This document shows positions 9,488 through 19,283 of a stretch of DNA of 46,280 nt, in pieces. Under the pieces are notes generated by a model. It ran no database searches, had not been told where the DNA came from, and saw only the letters and a program-made list of their open reading frames with translations. Numbering within the stretch: position 1 is the first letter of the stretch; every line of letters begins with the position of its first letter. The stretch is from Acidimicrobiales bacterium (GTDB taxonomy: Bacteria; Actinomycetota; Acidimicrobiia; Acidimicrobiales; CADCSY01). Location: positions 1 through 46,280 of the forward strand of contig JBBSLT010000003.1 of the NCBI GenBank assembly GCA_038233555.1, read 5' to 3'. The position numbers and the translations under genes are program-made.

Positions 9488-10024
9488 TCAGTTGGTTGGA
9501 AGAGCGCTCCACTCCCGCCGGCGCAGCTCGTAGACGGCGATGGCGGCGACATGCGCCACGTTGAGCGAGCCCACCCGACCCAGCTGGGGCACGAAGGCCA
9601 CGGCATCGCAGGCATGCAGGGTGGCGGGGGAGAGCCCCCGGTCCTCGTGGCCGAGGGCCACGCAGACGTCGGTGGGCAGGTCCACCTGGTGGAGGGGGAC
9701 GGCCCCGTCGGCCAGCTCGAGGCCGAGGAGGAAGTAACCGGCATCCCGGGCGGCGAGAAGTGCGCCCTCGACTGTCTCATGGGTGCTCCAGGTGACGTAA
9801 CGCTCGGTGCCAAGCGACGTCTTGGCCGCCTTGGCGTGGCTCGGGCTGATGGTGGCGCCGCCGAGGTAGAGATGCTCGACCCGTTCGGCCGCGGCCAAGC
9901 GCACCATGGCACCGACGTTGTAAGGCGTCTGCACCGAGTCGAGGAGCAGGGCCAGGCGGCCCGTCGTGCGTTGGCGCCAGTGACGGTGGAGGCGCTTGAT
10001 CTCGGTGTCGCCCAGGTTCCTCAC
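9488..10024 (-). CDS. TrmH/SpoU family RNA methyltransferase
   Basis: PYNVGAMVR, LGHEDRGLS, VGSLNVA; GTG overlaps the upstream gene's stop. Confidence 0.9.
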   Translation of the reverse strand: MRNLGDTEIKRLHRHWRQRTTGRLALLLDSVQTPYNVGAMVRLAAAERVEHLYLGGATISPSHAKAAKTSLGTERYVTWSTHETVEGALLAARDAGYFLLGLELADGAVPLHQVDLPTDVCVALGHEDRGLSPATLHACDAVAFVPQLGRVGSLNVAHVAAIAVYELRRREWSALPTN

Positions 10025-10623
10025 GGGCGGTGCTGCGCCTGCACCTCGAGCAGGCGGTAGCCCATGCGGGAGCGTCGGCGCTCGGTGGGGAATCCCTCGC
10101 CCGTCAGCCACCGGGCCAGCGAGTCGGACCCGAGGTGCTTGTGCACCACCAGCCAGGCTGAACCTCCTGGGGCCAAGCGCCCGAGCCAGCCGGCCAACAG
10201 CGCCTGCAAGGCCGCCTTGCCCACCCGTACCGGCGGGTTTGACCAGATGGCGGCGAACTCGACGTCGTCGGGGAGTTCGTCAGGGGAAACGGCGTGGACG
10301 TTGGTGACGGTGGCGGCGGCGGCGTTGACCTCAGTCAGCGCCAGCGCCCGACGGTTGACGTCGAGGGCCCAGACGGTGGCGGCGGGGGAGCGGTAGCCCA
10401 AGGTGAGGGCGATGGGCCCGTACCCGCAGCCCAAGTCGAGCAGGTTTCCCTCCGTCGGGGGAGACGGCGCCTCCAGCAACAACAGCTTGGTCCCGGTGTC
10501 GACCCCGTCCCGGGCGAACACGCCCCGGTCGGTGGTGAGCTCCAGGCTGAGGTCGGGAAGCGTCAGGTGCACCTGACGCTGGTCGGAGTCGACCGGCGGA
10601 TCGACGTCGAAGTAGTGGCTCAC
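10021..10623 (-). CDS. RsmC/MTS-type small SAM methyltransferase
   Basis: MSHYF, GVF..VDTGT, LDLGCGYG, SNPP. Confidence 0.9.
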   Translation of the reverse strand: MSHYFDVDPPVDSDQRQVHLTLPDLSLELTTDRGVFARDGVDTGTKLLLLEAPSPPTEGNLLDLGCGYGPIALTLGYRSPAATVWALDVNRRALALTEVNAAAATVTNVHAVSPDELPDDVEFAAIWSNPPVRVGKAALQALLAGWLGRLAPGGSAWLVVHKHLGSDSLARWLTGEGFPTERRRSRMGYRLLEVQAQHRP

Positions 10624-10714
10624 CGGGCAGAGAACCTAGTGCCCGGGACCGGTGATGTCCGACGTCGAAGGCCGCTACATGACCTCGTAATGGCATCAAC
10701 AACGATTGGGGCAC

Positions 10715-10739
10715 GCATGGCTGGTGCCATCGGGGGTAA
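10715..10739 (+). promoter_or_regulatory. Possible SigF/SigB-type promoter
   Basis: GGGTAA at 10734-10739; -35 weak. Confidence 0.3.
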
Positions 10740-10774
10740 TGGGACGCGGACGCAACCCCCCCCGAGGAGGACTC

Positions 10775-12328
10775 ATGCGAGACCTGCACGACGTAGCCAC
10801 GCTCATCAACGCCGACCACCGCCTGGTCGAGACGCTCTTCCAGCGCCTGGAGGCGGGCCAGGGCGACCGGCGCACCCTGGTGAACCAGGTGATCTTCAAC
10901 CTGGCCATCCACGCCGGTGCCGAGGAGCAGCGCATCTACCCGGCCATGAAGAAGGCCTTCGACGACGACGGCGACTCCGTGGACGAGGCGCTGGACGAGC
11001 ACCAGAGCATGAAGGACGCCCTCGTCGTGCTGGACCGGGGCGAGCCCGGGGAAGCTGAGTTCGAAGACGCTCTGCGTACCCTTATGGCCGAGGTCCGCCA
11101 TCACATCCCCGAAGAGGAAGGCAATCACCTGCCCCGGCTACGCCAGGCCGTCGGTGACGAGCGTATGGCCGAGTTGGGCAAGGACTTCCTCAAGGCCGAG
11201 CTCCACGCTCCCACCCGACCGCATCCCCACAGCTCGTCCAACCCGGTGGTGGCCGCCCCTGCAGCCCTGGTGGACAAGCTTCGGGACAAGCGCTCTGATC
11301 GCGACGAATCCACCGCCATCGACGCCTCGGGCCTCCTCGACCCCCAGGCCCAAGCCCTGGTTGAGGCCCACGCATCCCTCGGCGTCAAGCCCATGCACCT
11401 GCTCGATGCCAGCCAGGCCCGCAAGCAGCCGACCGCCGCCGATGCCGTCAAGAGGATGCTGAAGGGCCAGGATCGGGACAACAGCCCCGAGCCCGTCGAT
11501 TCCGTGCTCCCCCTCACGATCCCCAGCCCGGCCGGCGACATCGAGGCGCGCGTCTACCGGCCTCAGGGGGCCGACGGCACCGCCCTGCCCGTCCTCGTCT
11601 ACTTCCACGGCGGCGGCTGGGTCATCGCCGACCTCGACGTCTACGACGCCTCCTGTCGGGGCCTGGCCAACCGGGCCGGCTGCCTGGTGGTCTCGGTGGA
11701 GTACCGCCAGGCTCCCGAGCATCCCTTCCCGGCGGCCCACGACGACGCCCTCGTCGCCACCCGCTGGGTGATGGCCCATGCCGGTGATCTCGGAGGCGAG
11801 CCCCGACTCGTGGCCGTCGCCGGCGAGAGCGCCGGCGGGAACCTGGCCGCCGCCACCTGCCTCGCGCTGAAGCAGGCCGGTGAGGCCCTGCCCGTCTTCC
11901 AGCTCCTCATCTACCCGGTGGCCAGCGGGGCCATGGACACGCCATCCTACCAAGAGGCGCAGGACGCCAAGCCGCTCTACTCAGGCTTGATGCACTGGTT
12001 CTTCGCCCAATCCGTCACCGACCCGGCGCAGCTCAGCGACCCGCGCATCTCGCTGGTAGAGGCTTCGGTGGAGGATCTCACCGGCCTTCCTCCGGCCCTG
12101 GTGATCACCGCCGAGCGGGATCCACTGCGTGACGAAGGTGAGCAGCTGGCCAAGGCCCTGTTAGCCGCGGGCGTGCCGGTGGCCGCCACCCGCTATCCCG
12201 GGGTTATGCACGAGTTCTTCGGTGCGGCGGCGGTGATGGACAAGGCGGCCAAGGCTCAAGAGGAAGCGGCCTCGGCGCTGCGGGCCGTCTACGCCCAGAC
12301 CGTCGCCGGCATGGGAGTCAGGAACTGA
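10775..12328 (+). CDS. Hemerythrin (HHE) domain fused to HSL-family alpha/beta hydrolase
   Basis: RBS GAGGAGG; DH, HAGAEE, EH, HHIPEEE, APTRPHP; then HGGGW, GESAGG, DPLRDEG, HEF. Confidence 0.9.
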   Translation: MRDLHDVATLINADHRLVETLFQRLEAGQGDRRTLVNQVIFNLAIHAGAEEQRIYPAMKKAFDDDGDSVDEALDEHQSMKDALVVLDRGEPGEAEFEDALRTLMAEVRHHIPEEEGNHLPRLRQAVGDERMAELGKDFLKAELHAPTRPHPHSSSNPVVAAPAALVDKLRDKRSDRDESTAIDASGLLDPQAQALVEAHASLGVKPMHLLDASQARKQPTAADAVKRMLKGQDRDNSPEPVDSVLPLTIPSPAGDIEARVYRPQGADGTALPVLVYFHGGGWVIADLDVYDASCRGLANRAGCLVVSVEYRQAPEHPFPAAHDDALVATRWVMAHAGDLGGEPRLVAVAGESAGGNLAAATCLALKQAGEALPVFQLLIYPVASGAMDTPSYQEAQDAKPLYSGLMHWFFAQSVTDPAQLSDPRISLVEASVEDLTGLPPALVITAERDPLRDEGEQLAKALLAAGVPVAATRYPGVMHEFFGAAAVMDKAAKAQEEAASALRAVYAQTVAGMGVRN

Positions 12329-12403
12329 GAGGCTTCTCCCCGTCAGGCGAGGCACCGAGCGGGAGACCGGTACCGTTCGTCGTCGTCGACGGGGAGAGCC
12401 AAC

Positions 12404-13564
12404 GTGCACATCCAGTTCAACGCCTCCGAGCGGGCCAGCCTCGGCATCGAGATGGAACTTGAGGTCGTCGACCTCTCCACTCGCGAGCTGGCCAGCGCCG
12501 CCGGCGGGCTCCTCGGCGCCATGGGCAAGGGCCATCCCGGAGGCGAGCACCCCAAGGCCAAGCACGAGCTGTTCGAGTCCACCGTCGAGATCATCACCGG
12601 CGTGTGCGCCGACGTGGCCGAGGCCCGGGCCGACCTGGAGGCCACGCTGGCCGAGCTCTCCGGTCACGCCCGGGCCCGAGGTCTCGGGCTGTTGTGCTCG
12701 GGCAGCCACCCCTTCACCCACTGGGCCAGCCAGGAGATCAGCCCTAGCGCCCGCTATCACCAACTGGTGGAGGAGATGCAGTGGCTGGCCCGGCGACTGG
12801 CCATCTTCGGCATCCACGTCCATGTCGGGGTGCGCTCGGCAGAGAAGGCCATCGCCATCGCCAACGGCCTGACTGCCTACCTTCCCCATCTCCTCGCCGT
12901 CTCTGCCTCGAGCCCCTACTGGATGGGCCAGGACACGGGCCTGGCCTCGTCGCGTTCGAAGGTCTTCGAGGCGCTGCCCATGGCCGGGTTGCCCCATCAG
13001 CTCGCCGATTGGCGCGAGTTCGAGGAGTTCATGACCACCCTTATCCGGTCCAAGGCCATCACCTCCATCCGGGAGGTGTGGTGGGACATCCGACCTCATC
13101 CTGACTTCGGTACGGTGGAGCTGCGGGTTTGCGACGGGGTGCCGCGCCTGAGCGAGGTGGCGGCGCTGGCGGCGCTGACCCAGTGCTTGGTGGAGTCTAT
13201 GGACGCCGGCCTGGATGAGGGTCGGGCACCGGTGGTGCCCAGGGCTTGGATCGTCCGAGAGAATAAGTGGAAGGCGACGCGCTACGGAATGGAGGCGGAG
13301 ATCATCGTCGACGAACGGGGAACCCTACGCACGCTACGTAGCGTGGTGGCCGAGTTGGTCGAGGAGCTGGCACCGGTGGCCCAGCGGTTGGATTGCGCCG
13401 AGGAGTTGGCCTCGGTGGCGACGGTGATCGACGAGGGCCCGAGCTACGCCCGTCAGCGGGCGCTGGTGGCCGAGGGGGCTAGCTTGGCCGATGTCGTCGA
13501 TGCGCTGCTCGAAGAGCTGCGTACCGACCTCCCCGTCCGCCACGGCGACGGCGGGAGGCACTGA
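12404..13564 (+). CDS. YbdK-type glutamate--cysteine (carboxylate-amine) ligase, GCS2 family
   Basis: LGIEMELEVVD, FGIHVHVG, SASSPYW, WWDIRPHPDFGTVELRVCD. Confidence 0.93.
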   Translation: MHIQFNASERASLGIEMELEVVDLSTRELASAAGGLLGAMGKGHPGGEHPKAKHELFESTVEIITGVCADVAEARADLEATLAELSGHARARGLGLLCSGSHPFTHWASQEISPSARYHQLVEEMQWLARRLAIFGIHVHVGVRSAEKAIAIANGLTAYLPHLLAVSASSPYWMGQDTGLASSRSKVFEALPMAGLPHQLADWREFEEFMTTLIRSKAITSIREVWWDIRPHPDFGTVELRVCDGVPRLSEVAALAALTQCLVESMDAGLDEGRAPVVPRAWIVRENKWKATRYGMEAEIIVDERGTLRTLRSVVAELVEELAPVAQRLDCAEELASVATVIDEGPSYARQRALVAEGASLADVVDALLEELRTDLPVRHGDGGRH

Positions 13565-14316
13565 TGGCCGCCGGAAACCGTCCCTTGGTGGCCATCCCCG
13601 CGGGGCGCATGGACGGGAGTCGCATCGAGGGCTGGGGGCCCGATGCCTACGTGGTGGCCGAGCCCTACGTGACTGCCCTGCGCCGGGCCGGTGCCCGGCC
13701 GGTCATCCTGGCGGGGCCCGAGTCCGACCCTCCCGAGGAGGTCCTGGCCCCCTTCGCCGGCCTGTTGCTCGCCGGCGGCGGCGACCTCGACCCGAACCTG
13801 TACTCCTCCCGCCACGATGAGCGGGTCTACGGCGTCGATGAAGATCGCGATGCCCTCGAGCTGGCGCTGGCGCGCACGGCCCTCGATATGGGTTTGCCCA
13901 CCCTGGCCATCTGTCGGGGGATGCAAGTGGTCAACGTGGTGCGGGGCGGGTCGCTGCACCAGCACCTGCCCGATCCCTTGGGCCGGGGCGCCCACGGCGA
14001 TCCCACCTCTGGAGTTCTCGTGACTCACGGGGTGGAGGTGGCGGCCGCCAGCCGTCTGGCCGCAGTCGCCGACACCACCCGGCTGGCGACCTGCACCTCG
14101 GTGCACCACCAGGGCGTCGACCGCCTGGGTGAGGGTCTGGTGGCCGTCGGCTGGAGCGACGATGGCCTGGTCGAGGCCTTGGAGCCGACCGACGACGCCG
14201 GCTGGCTGGTGGCGGTGCAGTGGCACCCGGAGATCACCGCCGCCGGCGACCCCGTCCAACAATCGCTCTTCGATGCCCTGACCCGGGAGGCTCGCCGTTG
14301 CGCCGCCCTGGTCTAG
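13564..14316 (+). CDS. Gamma-glutamyl-gamma-aminobutyrate hydrolase family (peptidase C26)
   Basis: GGGDLDP, AICRGMQ, SVHHQGV, QWHPE. Confidence 0.92.
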   Translation: MAAGNRPLVAIPAGRMDGSRIEGWGPDAYVVAEPYVTALRRAGARPVILAGPESDPPEEVLAPFAGLLLAGGGDLDPNLYSSRHDERVYGVDEDRDALELALARTALDMGLPTLAICRGMQVVNVVRGGSLHQHLPDPLGRGAHGDPTSGVLVTHGVEVAAASRLAAVADTTRLATCTSVHHQGVDRLGEGLVAVGWSDDGLVEALEPTDDAGWLVAVQWHPEITAAGDPVQQSLFDALTREARRCAALV

Positions 14317-14320
14317 GGGT

Positions 14321-16615
14321 TTAGCCGCCCAGTCTAGAGGGGTTCATCGGTCGAATCGTCTCCGGTGTCGTCTCGTCGTCGCCTGCGCTGCCGCCGCTGC
14401 GGGGCGGCGGGTCGGTGCTTCCTGACCCGGACCGGGGATTTTGGGGGGTGATTATGTCGGTGGTCGGGGGCCTCGTGACCGGAGGTTTGAAGCGGGGCGT
14501 GGTGGTGCGTGGCCGCTCGGTCGTCGGCGGGGGCGGGGGCGGGGGCGGCGGGGGTGGGGGCACGGTGAACGACGGCGACGGCTGGTTGGTTGGCGATGTG
14601 GGCGGCGGCGGCGGGGGGGGTGGTTCGTCGAAGTCGGTGGGAGGCACTCCGGCCAACGCTTCGTTCATAAAGGCTTGCCAGGTGGCGGCGGGGATGGATC
14701 CGCCGGTGACCCGGCCGACTCCCTTGATGTTGAACAACGACGTGGGGACATCCTTGTTCCCCATCCACACCGCGGTCGACAGCGTCGGTGTGTAGCCCAC
14801 GAACCAGGCATCGCGCCATTCCTGAGCGGTACCGGTCTTGCCGGCAGCCGGGCGACCGATGTCGGCGGCGGTGCCGGTACCCCCGGAGATGACTCCCTTG
14901 AGGATGTCGGTGACCTTGAAGGCCACGTTGGCATCGATCACCTGCTCGCCCTGCCGGCCGCGATTGTCCTCGAGGAACTCGCCGTCGGCGTTCTTGACGA
15001 ACATGATCGGCGTGGCCGGCTGGCGCAGGCCGTTGGTGGCGAACACGCCGTAGGCCGAGGCCATATCGAGCGGTGAGACCTCTTGGGCCCCGAGGGCGTA
15101 GCTGGTTCCGTGCAGCTCGGGGCTGGCCACCCAGGCCGAGCTGATCCCCAGCTTCTTGGCCGTGGCCGCCACCTCGGGCACGCCGACGTCGTTGATCACC
15201 TGGGCGTAGACGGTGTTGTAGGAGTTCTCGGTGGCGGAGCGCAGCGTTGCCCGCCCCCCTGCCGAACCCTCGTAGTTGCTGACCGTGCAGCCGACGTCGC
15301 CGGTGCAGTTGGGGATTCGGTAGGTGCTGGGGGCGGAGTAGACCTTGGTCGGCTCCATCCCCTGGTCGAGGGCGGTGGCCAGAACGAAGGGCTTCCACGA
15401 CGAGCCCGGCTGGCGGCCCGTGCCGCCTCCTTCGACCATCACATTGTCGGGATTCCAACAGCTGGCGGCCACGTCGACGCGGTCGGCGACCTCGGGCGGA
15501 GGAAAGGCGCACTTGCCCAGGGCCAGGTTGACCTGGCCGCCCACGGCGTTGAAGTCCCGGCCCCCGACCATGGCCCTGACGAACCCGGTGGTGGGATCGA
15601 CGGCGACCACCGACATGTCGATGGGGGGGGCGACGCCGTCAAGGGCATCGGCCACCGCCGCTTCCGCGTCGGCCTGGAGGCGGGGATCGAGGGTGGTGCG
15701 GATCTCCAGCCCGTCGGTGAAGACGGCATCACCGTAGGCCGACTCGAGGTGGCGCCGGACATAGTCCCTGAAGTAGGGGTACTCACTGGTGTCGTTCTCG
15801 ATGGGGAAGACGAGGGTGGAGTCTCGGGGCGGCGTTCCCTTGGCGGTGAGCCACACTCGCTGGTCGACGGCCTCTCGGTGCTCGACCGAGGTGATGTAGC
15901 CCTCGCTCAGCATGGTGTCGAGGACGAGGACCCGCCGTTCCTCGGCGGCCGCGAGGTTGCCTCGCGGCTCGTAGCGACTGGGGGCGGGGATGAGGCCGGC
16001 GAGCAGTGCCGACTCGGAAAGGGTGAGCTCGCTGACCGGCTTGCGGAAGTACGACATGGAGGCCGCACCCACGCCGATGACCCCTTCGCCGAGGAAGATG
16101 CCGTCGAGGTACTTGAAGAGGATCTCGTCCTTGTCGACCAGGCCGTCGAGCTGGCGGGACAGGATGGCTTCTTTGATCTTGCGTTCGTAGGTCCGCTGGG
16201 TCCCCAGGTAGGCGTTCTTCACGTACTGCTGGGTGATGGTGGACCCGCCCTGGGTGATCTCCTGGCCTCGAATGTTGGCGATGAGCGCCCGAAGGTTGGC
16301 GGTGAGGTCGACGCCGCTGTTGGAGTAGAAGCTGCGGTCCTCCATCGAGATGACTGCCTGCTTCAGCACCTCGGGCACTTGTCCGTCCTCGAGGGGAAGA
16401 CGCTGGTCGAACTCCCGGAAGATGGCGATCTCCCGGCCATAGGCGTCGTACACGCGACTGAGCTGGCTACCTCCCGGCGGCCGCGGGTCGGGCAGCTTCT
16501 CGAGATCCGGCGGATACAGAAGGGAGGACAGGACTAGGGCGCTGACCCCCACGGGCATGAGGGCGGCAAGGGAGAGAAAGGCGATGGTGACCCACGCCAT
16601 GGATCGCTGGCTCAT
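14321..16615 (-). CDS. Class A penicillin-binding protein with Pro/Thr-rich tail
   Basis: EDRSF, GGSTITQQYVKN, RKIKE; transpeptidase motifs SWK, SYN, KTG. Confidence 0.95.
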   Translation of the reverse strand: MSQRSMAWVTIAFLSLAALMPVGVSALVLSSLLYPPDLEKLPDPRPPGGSQLSRVYDAYGREIAIFREFDQRLPLEDGQVPEVLKQAVISMEDRSFYSNSGVDLTANLRALIANIRGQEITQGGSTITQQYVKNAYLGTQRTYERKIKEAILSRQLDGLVDKDEILFKYLDGIFLGEGVIGVGAASMSYFRKPVSELTLSESALLAGLIPAPSRYEPRGNLAAAEERRVLVLDTMLSEGYITSVEHREAVDQRVWLTAKGTPPRDSTLVFPIENDTSEYPYFRDYVRRHLESAYGDAVFTDGLEIRTTLDPRLQADAEAAVADALDGVAPPIDMSVVAVDPTTGFVRAMVGGRDFNAVGGQVNLALGKCAFPPPEVADRVDVAASCWNPDNVMVEGGGTGRQPGSSWKPFVLATALDQGMEPTKVYSAPSTYRIPNCTGDVGCTVSNYEGSAGGRATLRSATENSYNTVYAQVINDVGVPEVAATAKKLGISSAWVASPELHGTSYALGAQEVSPLDMASAYGVFATNGLRQPATPIMFVKNADGEFLEDNRGRQGEQVIDANVAFKVTDILKGVISGGTGTAADIGRPAAGKTGTAQEWRDAWFVGYTPTLSTAVWMGNKDVPTSLFNIKGVGRVTGGSIPAATWQAFMNEALAGVPPTDFDEPPPPPPPPTSPTNQPSPSFTVPPPPPPPPPPPPTTERPRTTTPRFKPPVTRPPTTDIITPQNPRSGSGSTDPPPRSGGSAGDDETTPETIRPMNPSRLGG

Positions 16616-16749
16616 ACGCCTCTTTGGGGAGCGGAACGGGGTATCGGCACGGGGTTAGCCTACGGTGCGCTGTGCTGGCTGACGCGGCGCCGGTACCCTT
16701 TCCGGTGCCCCGCCCGTCGCTGAATCCTGTCCGAGGAGCCTCACTTTCC

Positions 16750-16896
16750 GTGTTCGATAACTTCCCCAGGGTGCCGCGCCTCCGTGAGTTGCCCCAGGGT
16801 TGTCTGATCGCCCTGATCGTGGTGGCCACCCTCTGGTTCATCGCCTGGACGGTTGTCCTCGTGCTGGCCCTTGGCCTTCTGCGCTCCACGATCTGA
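16750..16896 (+). CDS. Small membrane protein
   Basis: GAGGAG upstream of GTG 16750; long hydrophobic helix. Confidence 0.5.
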   Translation: MFDNFPRVPRLRELPQGCLIALIVVATLWFIAWTVVLVLALGLLRSTI

Positions 16897-16931
16897 CCGC
16901 AACCGTTGTCCGCTCTTTCTGGGTCACCCAC

Positions 16932-17267
16932 TCAACAGGGTGCGGAGGTGCCTTGCTGCTCGTCGTCGGGGAGCAGGGCACCGGCCAGGCGACCGAGCTC
17001 CCCGTGCAGGGCCTTCACCTTGGTGCGGTCGGCGGCATAGCAGACGAAGGTGCCGACCTGGCGTCTGGTGACGAGCCCAGACTCCACCAGCACGGAGAGG
17101 TGGTGGGAGGCGAGCGAGGGCGACACACCGATGGCACTGGCTAGGTAGCCGGCCGTCCGGGGACCTCGGCGCAGCCATCGTAACATCTGGAGCCGATGGG
17201 GCTCGCCCAGCACGGCCAGGGTGTGGGAGATCTTCTCTACCTGCTGCCGGGAAAAGGCGCTGACCAT
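16932..17267 (-). CDS. ArsR/SmtB family regulator
   Basis: LGEPHRLQML..ASHHLSVLVESGLV..RQVG..CY. Confidence 0.88.
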   Translation of the reverse strand: MVSAFSRQQVEKISHTLAVLGEPHRLQMLRWLRRGPRTAGYLASAIGVSPSLASHHLSVLVESGLVTRRQVGTFVCYAADRTKVKALHGELGRLAGALLPDDEQQGTSAPC

Positions 17268-17328
17268 ATTCCCACCCTACGCCTCGCGCTCAAGCTGGTC
17301 GATGGGCAGTCGCTAGCCTCCCTTCCCC

Positions 17329-18546
17329 ATGAAGGATCGGCTGGCGGCGATTACCGGAATCGGCGTGGTTGCCACCTGTGGCTCGGGGGTCGAGGACTTC
17401 TGGCGGGGGCTCGCCACCGAGCCCGGCGCTCGGGCGCAGCCCTTGCTCGTCGATGCGTTCGACCCCTCGCCGTGGTTGGGCCCCAAGGCAGCTCGACGCC
17501 TCGACCGCTTCAGCCAGCTGGCGGTGGCCGCCGCCGCCATGGCCGTCGACGACGCCGGCCTCGCCGCCGACCAGGTGGATCCCGGCCGCTCGGGGGTGTT
17601 GGTGGCCACCGGCGTGGGCGGCCTGGCCAGCTACGACGAGCAACTGCGGGTGCTCCAGGAACGGGGTTCGAAGCGGGTCTCGCCGTTCTTGATCCCCATG
17701 CTCATGCCCAACGCGGCGGCCGCGGCGGTGTCGATGCGCATGGGCTGGAAGGGTCCGTGCGAGACGGTCACCACGGCTTGCGCGGCGGGAACCCACGGCG
17801 TGGCCAACGCCATGCGGTGGATCGAGAGCGGGCGCTGTGAAACCGTCCTGGCCGGTGCCAGCGAGGCCCATCCGAGCCCGGTTGGCCTGGCCGCCTTCGG
17901 CAACATGACCGCGTTGTCCCCCCAGGGCCTTTCCCGGCCCTTCGATGACGAGCGGGACGGCTTCGTCGCCTCCGAGGGCGCGGCCCTGCTCGTCCTCGAA
18001 GAGCTAGAGCGTGCGCAAGACCGGGGCGCTCACGTCTATGCCGTTCTTCTGGGAGCGGCCAGCAACGCCGACGCCCACCACCTGACGGCCCCTTTAGAGG
18101 CCGGCGAAGGCGCCCTGGACTGCATGCGCCTGGCCCTGGAGGACGCGGAGCTCACCCCCGCCGACGTCGCCCATGTCAACGCCCACGGCACCTCCACCGT
18201 GCTCAACGATGCCGCCGAGGCCGCCGCCATCACCACCCTCTTCGGCCGTCCGGGGCCTCCGGTGACGTCGATCAAGGGCGTGGTCGGCCACTCCTTCGGG
18301 GCCGCCGGTGCCCTCGAGGCCGCCGCCGCCGCCCTCACCATCGACCGGTGTTCCATTCCCCCCACCGCTGGCTACCGCACCCCCGACCCAGCTATGGCGA
18401 TCGATGTGGTTGCCGGCGCCTGCCGCTCCTTCACCCCCGGACCGGTGCTGTCCAACTCCTTCGCCTTCGGGGGCCACAACGGATGCCTCGTGCTTGCCCC
18501 TTCGGGCCATCGCCGCCTCACCGCCGAACCAGAGGTTCGACGGTGA
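17329..18546 (+). CDS. fabF: Beta-ketoacyl-ACP synthase II
   Basis: TACAAG, HGTST, GHSFGA, NSFAFGGHN. Confidence 0.9.
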   Translation: MKDRLAAITGIGVVATCGSGVEDFWRGLATEPGARAQPLLVDAFDPSPWLGPKAARRLDRFSQLAVAAAAMAVDDAGLAADQVDPGRSGVLVATGVGGLASYDEQLRVLQERGSKRVSPFLIPMLMPNAAAAAVSMRMGWKGPCETVTTACAAGTHGVANAMRWIESGRCETVLAGASEAHPSPVGLAAFGNMTALSPQGLSRPFDDERDGFVASEGAALLVLEELERAQDRGAHVYAVLLGAASNADAHHLTAPLEAGEGALDCMRLALEDAELTPADVAHVNAHGTSTVLNDAAEAAAITTLFGRPGPPVTSIKGVVGHSFGAAGALEAAAAALTIDRCSIPPTAGYRTPDPAMAIDVVAGACRSFTPGPVLSNSFAFGGHNGCLVLAPSGHRRLTAEPEVRR

Positions 18547-18632
18547 ACTGATCGTGCTCCGGTCGTCCGGCGAAGCCGGCCGTCCTCCGCTCTGAACACC
18601 TTTCTTGGGCCGGGGTGCGCTTCTCTGGTTGG

Positions 18633-19214
18633 TTATGGGTGGCGGTGGAGGGAGACGGCGTAATCGTCGGTGGGGGACCAGGGGTCTCTCTGCCAGGTCG
18701 ACCAGCGTTCGGCGAACATCAAGCCGGCTTCGGCGCAGTAGCGGTCGTAGTCGGTGAGGGAGATGCGGTCGGGACGGAGCTGGAAGCCGGCGAGGAGAGC
18801 GCCGCCGGGGACGAGGGCCGGCGCCAGGTTGGCGACCACGGCTGCTTCACTGCCCTGGTCCACGAAGATCATGACGTTGCCGGCGAGCACGACGACCTCG
18901 AAGGATGCCGCCGTCAGCTCGACGGTGGCCAGGTCGCCTTGGCGCCAATCCAACCGAGGCGCCTTCGAGCGGGCCGTGCCCAGCATCTCAGCGTCGACGT
19001 CGATGCCGACCGTGGCGATGTGGCGCCGGGCCAGCTCGATGGCCACTCGCCCGGTGCCACAACCGGCGTCCAGCACGGTGCGGGGATCGAGGTCGGCGAT
19101 GAGGTCGGCTTCCCCGTGCACGTCGAGGCCAGCCGCCGCCCGCTCCCGGAAGCGGACGTCGTAGTCGTCGCCTCTGGCGAAGATCCTGAACTTGTCGTCG
19201 TCACGCTCCGACAT
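18633..19214 (-). CDS. Class I SAM-dependent methyltransferase
   Basis: DVHGEAD, VLDAGCGTGR, AGNVMIF. Confidence 0.88.
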   Translation of the reverse strand: MSERDDDKFRIFARGDDYDVRFRERAAAGLDVHGEADLIADLDPRTVLDAGCGTGRVAIELARRHIATVGIDVDAEMLGTARSKAPRLDWRQGDLATVELTAASFEVVVLAGNVMIFVDQGSEAAVVANLAPALVPGGALLAGFQLRPDRISLTDYDRYCAEAGLMFAERWSTWQRDPWSPTDDYAVSLHRHP

Positions 19215-19283
19215 TGCACCATACTGTCCGAGCGAGTGCCGGAGTGCTCCGCTGAGGGCCGATGTTTGGGCTCGGCCCGTGCG

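Noticed and set aside
14400-14625. G-rich tracts as a G-quadruplex or repeat element
   Set aside because: Explained by poly-proline codons in the PBP tail.
17329-18546. Type II PKS ketosynthase
   Set aside because: No chain-length factor, ACP or tailoring genes nearby.
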